This document shows positions 1 through 9,612 of a stretch of 64,000 nt of DNA, one piece after another (the first letter of the stretch is position 1; the number at the start of each line of letters is the position of its first letter). The position numbers were made by a program, and so were the translations under genes. Source of the DNA: Halobacteriales archaeon QH_7_66_36 (GTDB taxonomy: Archaea; Halobacteriota; Halobacteria; Halobacteriales; Haloarculaceae). The notes under the pieces are model-generated. The model ran no database searches, was not told the DNA's origin, and saw only the letters and a list, made by a program, of their open reading frames with translations. The stretch spans positions 25,015-89,014 of the forward strand of contig PXQV01000004.1 of NCBI GenBank assembly GCA_003021175.1. The letters run 5' to 3'.

Positions 1-440
1 CGCTGCTCGTCGCGCGAGGTGATGTCGTGAATCTCCATCGGCTGGCGCAACAGTCCGTTGACCGTGCGCTTGGGGTTGAGCGCCTCGAACGGGTCCTGAT
101 ACACGATCTGGACGTGCTCGCGCATCTCCTGCATCTCCGTCGACGAGAGCGACGAGAGGTCGGTCCCCTTGAACCGGATTTCACCTTCCGTCGGTTCGAT
201 GACGCGGAGCAGCGTCTTCCCGAGGGTCGTCTTGCCGCAGCCGGACTCGCCGACCACGGAGAAGATCTCACCGCGGTCGATGGAGAGGCTCACGCCGTCG
301 ACGGCGCGGACGCGCTTTTCATCGGCGAAGAACGATTCGAGCCAGCCGGTGCTCTTGACGTAGTGTTTCTCGAGGTTCCGAACTTCGAGTATCGGCTCTT
401 CCGACGCCCAACCGGGCGTGACAGCGGATTCAGAACTCAC
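1..440 (-). CDS. ABC transporter ATP-binding protein, oligopeptide/dipeptide type (OppF/DppF-like); N-terminal part only, gene runs off the window start
   Basis: My own minus-strand translation from GTG at 440 gives [27 protein letters not shown]...[15 protein letters not shown] (Walker A). It has a GTGA start/stop overlap with the upstream ATPase gene and is the last gene of the transporter operon. Confidence 0.85.
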   Translation of the reverse strand, partial: MSSESAVTPGWASEEPILEVRNLEKHYVKSTGWLESFFADEKRVRAVDGVSLSIDRGEIFSVVGESGCGKTTLGKTLLRVIEPTEGEIRFKGTDLSSLSSTEMQEMREHVQIVYQDPFEALNPKRTVNGLLRQPMEIHDITSRDEQ

Positions 441-1450
441 AGCTCGGACACCTCGTCGTGGTGGAAGCAGGCGGCTTCGTGTCTCTCACTCATCGCCTCG
501 AGCGAGGGCGCTTCGGCCGTACACTGCTCCGTGGCTAGGTCGCATCGGTCGGCGAAGCGACAGCCCGTCGGGGGGTCCCGCAGGTCGGGCGGCGTGCCTT
601 CGATGGTTTCGACCTGTTCGGGCGGACGACGTGGGTCGATGAGACTCCGGAGCAAGCGTGCCGTGTAGGGGTGACGCGGGGAGTCGTACAGCACCTCGGA
701 TGGAGCGGTCTCGACGAGTTCGCCCCCGTACATGACGCCGACGCGGTCGGAGAGCTTCATAATGGCCGCGAGGTTGTGAGAGATGACGAGCATCCCGAAG
801 TTCAGTTCCTCCTGAAGCCGCTGGAGCATGTTCAGCACTTCCGCTTGGACGATGACATCGAGCGCCGTCGTCGGCTCGTCGGCGATGAGCAACTCCGGCT
901 CACACGCGATGGCCATCGCGATGGCGGCGCGCTGTTTCATCCCGCCGGACAGCTCGTGTGGGTACTGGTCAGTGATATCGGGCTGCAGATTCACCTTGTC
1001 GAGCAGCTCCTCGACGTGGCCCGCACGCTCCCCTTCGGGGACGACATCGTGAATGCGGAGCGGCTCCCTGATCTGTTCGCCGACCGTCTTGACCGGGTTG
1101 AACGCGTTCTGTGCCCCCTGATATATCATCGAGATATCGGCCCACTGTACGTCCTTGACCGCCGATCTGGCGGGCTGGCCGATTTCACGCCCGTCGAGGT
1201 GGATCTCACCGTCGATTATCTCGCCCTGTGGAGGCAGCGCCCGGATGAGGCTCAACCCGAGGGTCGATTTCCCACAGCCGGACTCGCCGACCAAGCCGTA
1301 CGTTTCGCCGCGCGCGATTTCGAGATCGACGCCGTCGACCGCTCGGACGGGGACGTCGTCCTCGCCCTCTCGATAGTGCGTCGATAGGTTCCGGACGGAC
1401 AACAGCGTCTCTTCGGTGGTGCGAGCGCGGTCGTGTGTTTGCTTACTCAT
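437..1450 (-). CDS. ABC transporter ATP-binding protein, oligopeptide/dipeptide type (OppD/DppD-like)
   Basis: 337 aa. Walker A GESGCGKST, signature LSGGMKQR, Walker B LLIADEPTTALD, and an Opp/Dpp C-terminal region (HPYTARLL, GCRFADRC). Confidence 0.9.
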   Translation of the reverse strand: MSKQTHDRARTTEETLLSVRNLSTHYREGEDDVPVRAVDGVDLEIARGETYGLVGESGCGKSTLGLSLIRALPPQGEIIDGEIHLDGREIGQPARSAVKDVQWADISMIYQGAQNAFNPVKTVGEQIREPLRIHDVVPEGERAGHVEELLDKVNLQPDITDQYPHELSGGMKQRAAIAMAIACEPELLIADEPTTALDVIVQAEVLNMLQRLQEELNFGMLVISHNLAAIMKLSDRVGVMYGGELVETAPSEVLYDSPRHPYTARLLRSLIDPRRPPEQVETIEGTPPDLRDPPTGCRFADRCDLATEQCTAEAPSLEAMSERHEAACFHHDEVSEL

Positions 1451-1498
1451 GGGTATCGTGTACGGGTGAGTGCTCGCTCGTGGGGCGGCCCGGCCGCA

Positions 1499-2437
1499 TC
1501 AGTCGTCCCCCCACGTCCGCCGCTGGAGGCGGGGATTGAGCACCTCGTCGAGCGCGCTGCCGACGAGGATGAAGCTGAACGCTGCGAGGGCGATGCCGAA
1601 CCCCGGCAGCACCATCCACCACCAACCGCCGCTGCTCAGGGCGGCCTGCTTCTGGGCGAAGTAGAGCATCGTCCCCCACGAGATACGCGCGGTGTCGCCC
1701 AAGCCGAGGAACCCGACCGCAGCCTCCATCAGGATGGTGTACACCATCTGGAGGATGCCGTTCGCGAAGACGACCGGCAGAATGTTCGGAAGCACCTCTT
1801 GGCGCATGATACGAGCGTCGGACGCACCAAGCGCCTCCGTCGATTCGACGAAGTCGTTCTCGCGAACGCTGAGCGTCTTCGCCTTGATCGTCCGGGCGGG
1901 AATCGGCCACGAGAGCAGCGACAGAATGAGGATGATGTTCCACACGCTGCTGCCCGCGTACGCCGCGAACACCACGACCAGAACGAACGGGGGGAAGACG
2001 AGGCTCATGTCGATGGCGGTCGTGATCCACCGACCGATGCGCCCTCGGTAATACCCCGCCGGGACGCCGATGAGCGTCGCCGCGATCGTGGCGACGACGC
2101 CGCTGGTCACTCCGACCAGCAACGAGATGCGGCCGCCGTAGAGGAACCGCGAGAGGACATCCCGGCCGAGGTCATCGGTGCCGAACAGATGGCTGACCGA
2201 CGGCGGCGCGAGTGCCGGGCCCACGCCGTACGCCTCTGGATCGTAGGGTGCGATGAGGGGCGCTGCGACGCTGATAAACACGATAGTCCCCAGCAACACG
2301 GTCCCGGCGAGGCCCTTCCGGTTGGTGAGGAAGCCGTGCAGGAAGCCACGGATCCGGTCGAAGCGCCGGGTTCCGGCTCGGGAAGCGTCCCCGGCAGTAC
2401 TCGTCGGCTCACTTCCGGTCGCTCGCTCGTTACTCAT
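1499..2437 (-). CDS. ABC transporter permease (DppC/OppC-like)
   Basis: 312 aa, multi-TM, with an EAA-type loop (ESTEALGASDARIMRQEVLPNI). In an operon with the ATPases. Confidence 0.85.
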   Translation of the reverse strand: MSNERATGSEPTSTAGDASRAGTRRFDRIRGFLHGFLTNRKGLAGTVLLGTIVFISVAAPLIAPYDPEAYGVGPALAPPSVSHLFGTDDLGRDVLSRFLYGGRISLLVGVTSGVVATIAATLIGVPAGYYRGRIGRWITTAIDMSLVFPPFVLVVVFAAYAGSSVWNIILILSLLSWPIPARTIKAKTLSVRENDFVESTEALGASDARIMRQEVLPNILPVVFANGILQMVYTILMEAAVGFLGLGDTARISWGTMLYFAQKQAALSSGGWWWMVLPGFGIALAAFSFILVGSALDEVLNPRLQRRTWGDD

Positions 2438-2479
2438 CGGCGCACCTCCGGTCGCTCGTTGGGGTTGGGTTGGGCTGTG

Positions 2480-3466
2480 TCATTCGCTGCCTCCGATCCG
2501 AGGGTCGATGACGGTGTACAGTATCTCCGCGAGGAACATCGAGCCGAGAACCATCACGGCGAGGAAGAAGAACGTGGCCTGAATCACGGGATAATCACGG
2601 GCCAACACCGACTCGAACATCAGCTGTCCCATGCCGGGGTAGCTGAACACGGTCTCGACCAGCACGGCCCCGCCGGCGAGGCGACCGATCTGGAATCCCA
2701 GTTGCGTCAGGACCGGCGGGAACGCCGGGGCGACGGCGTGGCCGAACAGGACCTGTCGCTCGGACAGTCCTTTGCTCTCCGCGATTTTGATGTAGTTTTC
2801 CGGTAAGATGTCGAGGAGGCTCCCGCGCATCAGAAACGTGTAGCCCGCGAGGAAGTACGCCGACATCGTCACTACCGGCAGGAACGTGTGATACGTCAGG
2901 TCCATGAAATAACTGATGAACGACGGGTGCGTCGCGTTGCTGGTCGCCCCCGAGATCGGGAACAGCGGGACGACGTATCCGAACAGGAACGCGAGCAGGA
3001 TGGCCAACCAGAACGTCGGGATGGAGCGGAAGAGCAGCGACGACTGTGTGATGACGAGGTCCTGCCGGTCGCCGAACTTCCACGCGGCGATGGCTCCCAA
3101 CGGAATGCCGAGGACGACGCTGATGGTGACGCTCGCTCCCATCAGGTACAGTGTTCGAGGCAATCGCTGGACGATGAGCTCCATGACCGGCGTCGGATAC
3201 CGGGCGAACGAGACCCCGAAATCACCGGTCAGGGTGTTCGTCAGATACAGGAAGAACTGTTCCCAGAGTGGCTGTGTCAAGCCGAACTCTCGGAGGAGTT
3301 CCTGACGGGCTTCCTCGGTGAAGCCCGGCCCGACGAACCGCGTCGTCGGGTCACCGGGCATCACGCGCGGGATCGCGAAGTTCACCACGAGGATGGCGGC
3401 AAACGCGGCCAGATAGTTCCGAACCCGCGTGGCGATGTACGCTTTCTTCGATGAGGTGCTGGCCAT
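2480..3466 (-). CDS. ABC transporter permease (DppB/OppB-like)
   Basis: 328 aa, multi-TM, with a typical N-terminal RxxxxIPxLxGxxxxxF-like segment and an IAESKGLSERQV loop. Confidence 0.85.
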   Translation of the reverse strand: MASTSSKKAYIATRVRNYLAAFAAILVVNFAIPRVMPGDPTTRFVGPGFTEEARQELLREFGLTQPLWEQFFLYLTNTLTGDFGVSFARYPTPVMELIVQRLPRTLYLMGASVTISVVLGIPLGAIAAWKFGDRQDLVITQSSLLFRSIPTFWLAILLAFLFGYVVPLFPISGATSNATHPSFISYFMDLTYHTFLPVVTMSAYFLAGYTFLMRGSLLDILPENYIKIAESKGLSERQVLFGHAVAPAFPPVLTQLGFQIGRLAGGAVLVETVFSYPGMGQLMFESVLARDYPVIQATFFFLAVMVLGSMFLAEILYTVIDPRIGGSE

Positions 3467-3488
3467 TCGTAGGGTGTGAAGGGAGTCG

Positions 3489-5180
3489 CTACGTCGGGTC
3501 CAGTTCGACGATGGGACCGGTTCCCGGCTCGATTCCGTATGGACTCTGCATCCCGTAGCGCGGGATCGGGCTGTAGTTCTCCCACGCGGCGGATCGCATC
3601 CCGTGAAGCAGCTGCGGATAGTACAGGACGACCCAAGGTAGTTCGTCGGTCAGGATGTCCTGCGCGTCGTAGAGATACCCCTGCCGTTCGTTCGGGTCAG
3701 TCGCCCGCCGCTGCTGTTGCATGAGCTGGTCGAACTCGTCGCTGTGGTACTGGCTGGTGTTGAGGCTGCCCTCGTCTTCGAACACGGGCGAGAGGAACGG
3801 GTCGGGATCGAACCAGACGCGCCACGTGTTGAGCGTCAGGTCGTGGTCGTGCTCGACGGACACCTTCTGCGTGTGGGCGTTCGACTCCATCGAGTTGACG
3901 TCGACGGTGATGCCGACCTCGCCGAGCTGTCTGGAGAGCACCTCGGCGATACGCGGCCAGTTCCCCGTGTTCTGAATCGAGAGCACGAGTTCGAGCGGCT
4001 CACCGTCGGGTCTGACCCGGCCATCGCCCTGCTGTTCGTAGCCGTTGTCGTCGAGCACGGACCGGGCTTGCTCCTGATCGTGAGCGTAGCTGTTGGTCTC
4101 CGGGTTGTGGTAGAACTCCAACCCCGGCGGGACGGGAGAGTAGCCGGGGGTAGCGTATCCGGCATTCACCAGATCCGCGATGGTCTCGCGGTCGACCGCG
4201 TACGCCATAGCCTTGCGCAGGGCCGTATCCGAGAGAGGCTCCCGGTTCGTATTGATGCCGAGGTACGTCACGTACGTCGACCCACCCCTGACGACATCGA
4301 GGTTGTCCGCGCTCTCGATTTCCTCGACGTACTGGCCGGGCTGGAGGCGCAGCATGTCGCCACCACCCTGCTTCATGTTCAGCACCTGCGAGTCCGTCGA
4401 GGAGACGATCTTGACGCTGACGCCCTCGAAGTCCGGCGCTTCGCCCCAGTACTCATCGTTGACGGAGAAGTTGATGTACTGGTCCTGCTCGCGGTTCTCG
4501 AACACGAACGGCCCGCTGCCGATGGGGTTCTCGGTGTTGGAGACGTCCGCTGGATTGTCGAACTCGGACCAGATGTGCTTCGGGATGACGAGCCCGAGGT
4601 CGGCGAGCACCAGTGGCAGCGGCGCGTACGGCTGCGTCAGCGGCGTCGTGACGGTGTACTCGTCTTCGACGGTGATCTCGCTCGGGTCAGCGATGACGCT
4701 CGAAAGCGAGCCGAGGTACGGCCAATCGTACTGCTTGATAGCCTTGAACGTGAACGCCACGTCCTCGGCCGTCAGGGGTTCACCGTCGTGCCACGTGGCG
4801 TCCTCCTGGATCGACCACGTGTAGCTCGCGCCGTCGTCGAACGTTTCCCAGTCGGTGGCGACGTGGCCGATAGCTTGCCCCTCCATGTCGACGCTCGTCA
4901 GCGGCTCGTACATCATCCGGGCTGCGTCGTAGTCGGGAATCGTGAGCCACCCGAGCGGATTGATGTTGTTCACACCGCCGGGCCAGAGAATGGCGAGTTC
5001 GCCGTCAGTGGAGCCGCCGTTACCGCCACTGTCGCCGGTCCCCGTGGTGTCACCGCTCGCTCCTTCGCCGCCGGAGTCTCCCGCACAGCCGGCGAGCATC
5101 GCCAAGGCGGTGCTCCCCCCGGTCGCACGCAGGAACCGCCGCCGGTCGAGATTGATCTGCTCCGAGATATCGTTACTCAT
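3489..5180 (-). CDS. ABC transporter substrate-binding protein (family 5, peptide/nickel type), Tat-secreted lipoprotein
   Basis: 563 aa. Twin-arginine signal RRRFLRATGG followed by lipobox LAGC and a Ser/Gly/Thr-rich linker. First gene of the operon. Confidence 0.85.
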   Translation of the reverse strand: MSNDISEQINLDRRRFLRATGGSTALAMLAGCAGDSGGEGASGDTTGTGDSGGNGGSTDGELAILWPGGVNNINPLGWLTIPDYDAARMMYEPLTSVDMEGQAIGHVATDWETFDDGASYTWSIQEDATWHDGEPLTAEDVAFTFKAIKQYDWPYLGSLSSVIADPSEITVEDEYTVTTPLTQPYAPLPLVLADLGLVIPKHIWSEFDNPADVSNTENPIGSGPFVFENREQDQYINFSVNDEYWGEAPDFEGVSVKIVSSTDSQVLNMKQGGGDMLRLQPGQYVEEIESADNLDVVRGGSTYVTYLGINTNREPLSDTALRKAMAYAVDRETIADLVNAGYATPGYSPVPPGLEFYHNPETNSYAHDQEQARSVLDDNGYEQQGDGRVRPDGEPLELVLSIQNTGNWPRIAEVLSRQLGEVGITVDVNSMESNAHTQKVSVEHDHDLTLNTWRVWFDPDPFLSPVFEDEGSLNTSQYHSDEFDQLMQQQRRATDPNERQGYLYDAQDILTDELPWVVLYYPQLLHGMRSAAWENYSPIPRYGMQSPYGIEPGTGPIVELDPT

Positions 5181-5431
5181 TGTCTTGTGGTCAGTGACGA
5201 CAGTGCTCGCTCCGAACCGGACACAGTATCATTCCACATGAACGCAGGTCGGTCGTGAAACACTGTCAGGTACTCCCACAGAGCAAATCACATCTATTAA
5301 AACTGGTTGTGAGCAGTGCACACCTCCAGACCCCGCTCGCGTCTCGGTATGAAGGGTTCATACTAGTGAGTACCTAATACGTGGACACTCTCGTAAACCG
5401 CGCTCGTGGTCGGGCACGGCGTCGCCTGAGT

Positions 5432-5440
5432 GTTTATGAT
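5432..5440 (+). promoter_or_regulatory. Putative TATA-like box for the acetamidase gene (leaderless-type spacing)
   Basis: GTTTATGAT lies 24-32 nt upstream of the ATG at 5464, in an AT-richer intergenic region. Confidence 0.3.
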
Positions 5441-5463
5441 GGCCGCCGTCCAAACGTAACTGT

Positions 5464-6768
5464 ATGTCACAACAGATCCAAGAGGAACTGGACGTCGACG
5501 CGTTCACGCTCGGATTAGTCGGACCCGATCAGGAGTGGGCGGGCACGGTCGCTGACGGCGGCACCGTCCGCACGCACACGCCGCCCGCCTGCTGGGGACC
5601 GATGGTCACACCGGAGTTCCGCGGCGGTCACGAGGTGACGCGACCGATCCGCGTCGAGAACGCGGAACCCGGCGACGCGCTCGTCGTCCACATCAAGGAC
5701 GTGGAGGTGACGAGCGTCGCCACCTCGACGGGGAGCATGGACGAACGCGAGGAGGCGTTCGGCGACGACCCGTTCATCGATCACGAGTGTCCGGAGTGTG
5801 GCACCGCGTGGCCCGACAGCGTCGTGGAGGGCACCGGCGAGGACGCCATCCGCTGTGCGGAGTGTGGCGCGAACGCGTCGTCGTTCGGCTTCGAGTACGG
5901 CTACACCGTCGCCTTCGACGAGGACCGCACCGTCGGCGTCACCGTCGGTCGGGACGGCGCGGACATGCTCGCCGAGAACGCCGACGAGGCGATGGCACTA
6001 CCGGACAAGTCGCGCCAACACCCCATCCTGCTGTACGGGCCAGACGAGATGCCGGGGGCGCTCGGACGCCTCCAGCCGTTCGTCGGCAACATCGGGACGA
6101 CCCCCGCCGAGGAGTATCCGGACTCGCACAACGCCGGCGACTTCGGTCAGTTCCTCATCGGTGCCTCCCACGACTGGGGCCTCCCCGACGAGGAAGCGCT
6201 CGAATCCCGGACCGACGGCCACTTGGACTCGAACGACGTGCGTGCCGGCGCGACGCTCGTCTGTCCCGTCCGCGTCGAGGGGGCCGGTCTCTACGTCGGT
6301 GATCTTCACGCCAATCAGGGCGACGGCGAACTCTCCCTGCACACGACGGACGTGAGCGGCCGCACCGAACTCGAAGTTGAGGTGATCAAGGACCTCGATC
6401 TGGACGGCCCGCTCCTGCTGCCGAACGAGGCGGACCTGCCGCACATCGCGAAGCCGTACACGGACGCCGAGCGCGAGGCGGGCGCGGCCGTCGCCGAGGA
6501 GTACGACGTGGACGAACTCGCGGACGCCGCACCGATCCAGGTGATCGGCTCCGGCGCGACGATCAACGACGCGACGGAGAACGCGTTCGACCGCGCCGGC
6601 ACCCTCCTCGACATGACCGAAGGCGAGGTGCGGGGTCGGTGTACGTTCACCGGCGGCGTCGAAATCGCCCGACTGCCGGGCGTCGTCCAGCTGTCGATGC
6701 TCGCGCCGATGGCGAAACTGGAAGCGGTCGGTCTCGCCGACACCGTTCGGGCGCAGTACGACCTATAA
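5464..6768 (+). CDS. Acetamidase/formamidase family protein with an inserted CxxC...CxxC zinc-ribbon-like segment
   Basis: 434 aa. Family motifs RPIRVENAEPGDALVVHIKDV and YVGDLHANQGDGE. Insert is HECPECG...RCAECG. Confidence 0.75.
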   Translation: MSQQIQEELDVDAFTLGLVGPDQEWAGTVADGGTVRTHTPPACWGPMVTPEFRGGHEVTRPIRVENAEPGDALVVHIKDVEVTSVATSTGSMDEREEAFGDDPFIDHECPECGTAWPDSVVEGTGEDAIRCAECGANASSFGFEYGYTVAFDEDRTVGVTVGRDGADMLAENADEAMALPDKSRQHPILLYGPDEMPGALGRLQPFVGNIGTTPAEEYPDSHNAGDFGQFLIGASHDWGLPDEEALESRTDGHLDSNDVRAGATLVCPVRVEGAGLYVGDLHANQGDGELSLHTTDVSGRTELEVEVIKDLDLDGPLLLPNEADLPHIAKPYTDAEREAGAAVAEEYDVDELADAAPIQVIGSGATINDATENAFDRAGTLLDMTEGEVRGRCTFTGGVEIARLPGVVQLSMLAPMAKLEAVGLADTVRAQYDL

Positions 6769-6786
6769 CCCGGCGACTCCCGCCGG

Positions 6787-7056
6787 TCACCCACCCTGCA
6801 TCGCCGGGAAGACACGCACCTCTGCGTCGGGCGGGCAGTCGTCCTCCGGGTCGGCGGTTTCGCCGTCGACGGTGACGCGGACGCTCGCCCTGAGATTCCC
6901 TTCGTCGTCGACCAACTGCGACTCCGCCCGCGGATACTCCTCGCAGAGCGCGGCGACCACGCCCGCGACCGTCTGTTCCGCCGGCGACACCGTCACGCGC
7001 TTGCCGTCCGTGGCCGCGCGAAGCGGGCCGTACACCAGTACGTCCATGCGAGACAT
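6787..7056 (-). CDS. MoaD/ThiS-family ubiquitin-like small archaeal modifier protein (SAMP-like), C-terminal diglycine
   Basis: 89 aa ending ...VRVFPAMQGG, with a beta-grasp-like pattern (DVLVYGPLRAATDGKRVTV). An alternative start exists at the Met at 7047. Confidence 0.7.
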   Translation of the reverse strand: MSRMDVLVYGPLRAATDGKRVTVSPAEQTVAGVVAALCEEYPRAESQLVDDEGNLRASVRVTVDGETADPEDDCPPDAEVRVFPAMQGG

Positions 7057-7108
7057 TGTCAGCGATTGAGACTGGCGCTACTAATCCGTACGGCATTTCG
7101 GCGTGGTT

Positions 7109-7120
7109 CATAAATAATAT
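7109..7120 (+). promoter_or_regulatory. Putative TATA-like box upstream of the UPF0175/PIN-like operon
   Basis: CATAAATAATAT lies 25-36 nt upstream of the ATG at 7145. Confidence 0.35.
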
Positions 7121-7144
7121 GAACACGTAGGTTCGCACGGGCAG

Positions 7145-7513
7145 ATGGCTCGAATCACCGGTTCCTATCCAGACGACCTTGATCTCCTCATCGAGGGTGC
7201 CGTCGAGGCAGGCGTGTTCGGTGGCAAGAGCGATGCGCTGCGAGAGTTCGTCCGCGAGTACTTCGAAGACCACGAAAACGAACGTATTGCAGCCGCGGTC
7301 GCGCTTTACGAACGCGAGCGGATCACGCTCGGTGATGCGGCCCGCCTCGCCGCTGTCAACCGCTGGACGATGCGGGATATTCTCCGCGAGCACGGCGTCG
7401 AGCTTCGGTTCGGACTCGTCGACGAGGACGATGCAGCCTACGAGCGGGAGGCGGCACGCGAACTCGAATTCGACGAGAAGGACGCGAACGACGAGGAGTC
7501 GCCCGCGAAATGA
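7145..7513 (+). CDS. UPF0175-family antitoxin-like protein with an N-terminal ribbon-helix-helix-like segment
   Basis: 122 aa. N-terminus LLIEGAVEAGVFGGKSDALREFVREYF is CopG/RHH-like. Centre ALYERERITLGDAARLAAVNRWTMRDILREHGV is UPF0175-like. ATGA overlap with the next gene. Confidence 0.7.
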   Translation: MARITGSYPDDLDLLIEGAVEAGVFGGKSDALREFVREYFEDHENERIAAAVALYERERITLGDAARLAAVNRWTMRDILREHGVELRFGLVDEDDAAYEREAARELEFDEKDANDEESPAK

Positions 7514-8016
7514 CAGGCGATAACCTGCCAGCGAACCCGAGCGTTCTCAACACGACCGTTCTCTCGAATTTCGCGTACATCGACCAACTGTGGGTGGTCG
7601 TAGGAATCTCACGTATCTGTACGGTGCCGGTCGTTCGCGAGGAACTCGAACGCGGCGTCGATAGCCATCCGTATCTTCAGTCGGCAGTCGACACACTCGG
7701 CGACGATGTTCCAGTCGCAACCGTTTCGGAGACAGTCGCAAATCGAGAGGCAGTTGTCAGTGACCACCTCGATCCCGGGGAAGCACAGGCGTTCGCCTTG
7801 GCGGACGCACACGACGGTCGACTACTGACCGATGACGGGGATGCCCGGTCATTTGCGAAAGAGCAGGGTGTTACCGTCGTCGGCTCCGTCGGTGTGCTCT
7901 TGGCGACCATCGACGCCGGGAAAATTAGTCAGGAAACTGCGGACGAGTGGCTCTCGGCGTGGATCGACGAAGTCGGATACTACGTTCCGTATCGAAACAT
8001 CGCGGACTACCGATAA
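7510..8016 (+). CDS. PIN-like (DUF3368-type) predicted nuclease, toxin partner of UPF0175
   Basis: 168 aa. N-terminal VLNTTVLSNFAYI (the Asp/Asn-containing first strand of a PIN-like fold), GEAQAFALA, and a C-terminal GVLLATIDAG motif. 4-nt overlap with the upstream gene. Confidence 0.65.
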   Translation: MTGDNLPANPSVLNTTVLSNFAYIDQLWVVVGISRICTVPVVREELERGVDSHPYLQSAVDTLGDDVPVATVSETVANREAVVSDHLDPGEAQAFALADAHDGRLLTDDGDARSFAKEQGVTVVGSVGVLLATIDAGKISQETADEWLSAWIDEVGYYVPYRNIADYR

Positions 8017-8228
8017 CTGATCGCTCCCGTGAACGAAGCCGTTCGAGCACGTCTATCTGCCGTAGCCTCATTTCTGATACTGCACACTCCCGTTCTGAAA
8101 AGTCGCCGGCGCAGGGGCGTCCGCGCCACCCACATATTTGTCGTCCCGTCACGCAGGATCATTCAAATGTCGCCCTACGACGGATCGATCCCGACCGACA
8201 CGCGCTCGCAGCGCGAGGAGAGTCGACT

Positions 8229-9524
8229 ATGAGCACGGACGACCGACCGCTGGCGTCGGCCGCGTCGGCCCTCGTCGACGGCCGCCGCGACCCGGTAGAG
8301 TACGTCGCGACGTGTCACGACCGCATCGACGCCATCGAATCGGACGTGCGGGCGTGGGTTGACGGCCCGAAACCACGGACGCAACTCACGGCCGAGGCGG
8401 AGGCGCTCGCCGACCGCTATCCGGACCCAGAGGACCGACCCTCGCTGTTCGGCGTGCCGGTCGGGGTGAAGGACATCTTCCACGTCGACGGACTGCCGAC
8501 GGAGGCCGGCGCTGACATCCCGGCAAGTGAGGTCGTCGGCCCCGAGAGCGAGGCGGTGTCGCGGCTCGTCGACGCGGGCGCACTCGTCGCCGGCAAGACG
8601 GTCACGACCGAGTTCGCCTACTTCGACCCCGGGCCGACCCGCAACCCACACAATCTCGGACACACGCCCGGTGGCTCCAGCAGCGGGTCGGCCGCGGCCG
8701 TCGCCGCCGGGATGGTGCCGCTCGCGTTGGGGAGCCAGACCGCTGGCTCCGTCATCCGCCCGGCCGCGTTCTGCGGCATCGTCGGCTTCAAGCCGAGTCA
8801 CGGGCGCGTGCCCATCGACGGCGTGCTCGCGCTCGCGCCGTCGCTCGACCACGTCGGCCTGTTCACGCAGGACGTGGCCGGCGCGACCCGCGCGGCGTCG
8901 GTGCTCACCGACGCGTGGCGGCCCGCCGCGACCACCCGCCCGACCGTCGGCGTCCCCGACGGCCCGTATCTGGATCAGGCCGAGGAGCGCGGTCGCGACG
9001 CCTTCGAGCAGACCGTCGCGGCACTCGCGGACGGCGGCTACGAGGTGCACCGCGTCTCGCTGTTCGACGACATCGACCGGGTCAACGACCAGCACGGCCG
9101 GCTGATGGCCGCCGAGACGGCACAGTCACACCACGACTGGTTCGACCGCCGCGGTGACGCCTACGGACCCGAGATGCGTGCCCTCCTAAAGGAGGGACAG
9201 GGCGTCTCGGTGGGCGACCTCGCGGACGCTCGGCGGTTCCGCACCCGCCTCTGCGAGCGGGTCGAGGACCGCCTCGACGAGCACGACGTCGACGTTGTAG
9301 TGAGTCCGAGCGCCCCCGGACCAGCCCCTGAAGGGATCGACGACACCGGCGACCCCGTGATGAACGCTCCGTGGACGACGACCGGCCAGCCGACCGTCGC
9401 ACTGCCGACCGGCCACGTCGACGGACTCCCAGTCGGCGTGCAGGTCACGGCCCGCTTCGGCGCGGACGAGCGACTGCTCGCGTGGAGCGACGGTCTCGCT
9501 GACAGCGTCAGAGGGACGGTCTGA
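8229..9524 (+). CDS. Amidase-signature family enzyme (amidase / GatA-like)
   Basis: Amidase signature GGSSSGSAAAVAAG plus GVKD lysine. I start the gene at the ATG at 8229 (MSTDDRPL). The Arg/Ser-rich extension back to 7947 in the track is unlikely to be coding. Confidence 0.85.
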   Translation: MSTDDRPLASAASALVDGRRDPVEYVATCHDRIDAIESDVRAWVDGPKPRTQLTAEAEALADRYPDPEDRPSLFGVPVGVKDIFHVDGLPTEAGADIPASEVVGPESEAVSRLVDAGALVAGKTVTTEFAYFDPGPTRNPHNLGHTPGGSSSGSAAAVAAGMVPLALGSQTAGSVIRPAAFCGIVGFKPSHGRVPIDGVLALAPSLDHVGLFTQDVAGATRAASVLTDAWRPAATTRPTVGVPDGPYLDQAEERGRDAFEQTVAALADGGYEVHRVSLFDDIDRVNDQHGRLMAAETAQSHHDWFDRRGDAYGPEMRALLKEGQGVSVGDLADARRFRTRLCERVEDRLDEHDVDVVVSPSAPGPAPEGIDDTGDPVMNAPWTTTGQPTVALPTGHVDGLPVGVQVTARFGADERLLAWSDGLADSVRGTV

Positions 9525-9612
9525 GCGGCGACGTCCGCACGGGTCGGCACTGACGGCACCCCGGTCCTGCGACGAACGACACCTGTTTCCGCCGAGCGCG
9601 AGTAACAGGGCC

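Noticed and set aside
7947-8228. 5' extensions of track ORFs: 7947-8228 (amidase), 14695-15045 (methyltransferase), 29657-29977 (PrpD family), 29421-29762 (LLM), 36603-36704 (carotenoid oxygenase), 39745-39954 (sulfatase-like), 55171-55326 (photolyase).
   Set aside because: The extensions are Arg/Ser/Pro-rich, overlap neighbouring genes or intergenic promoters, and precede internal start codons at which the family-typical N-termini begin.
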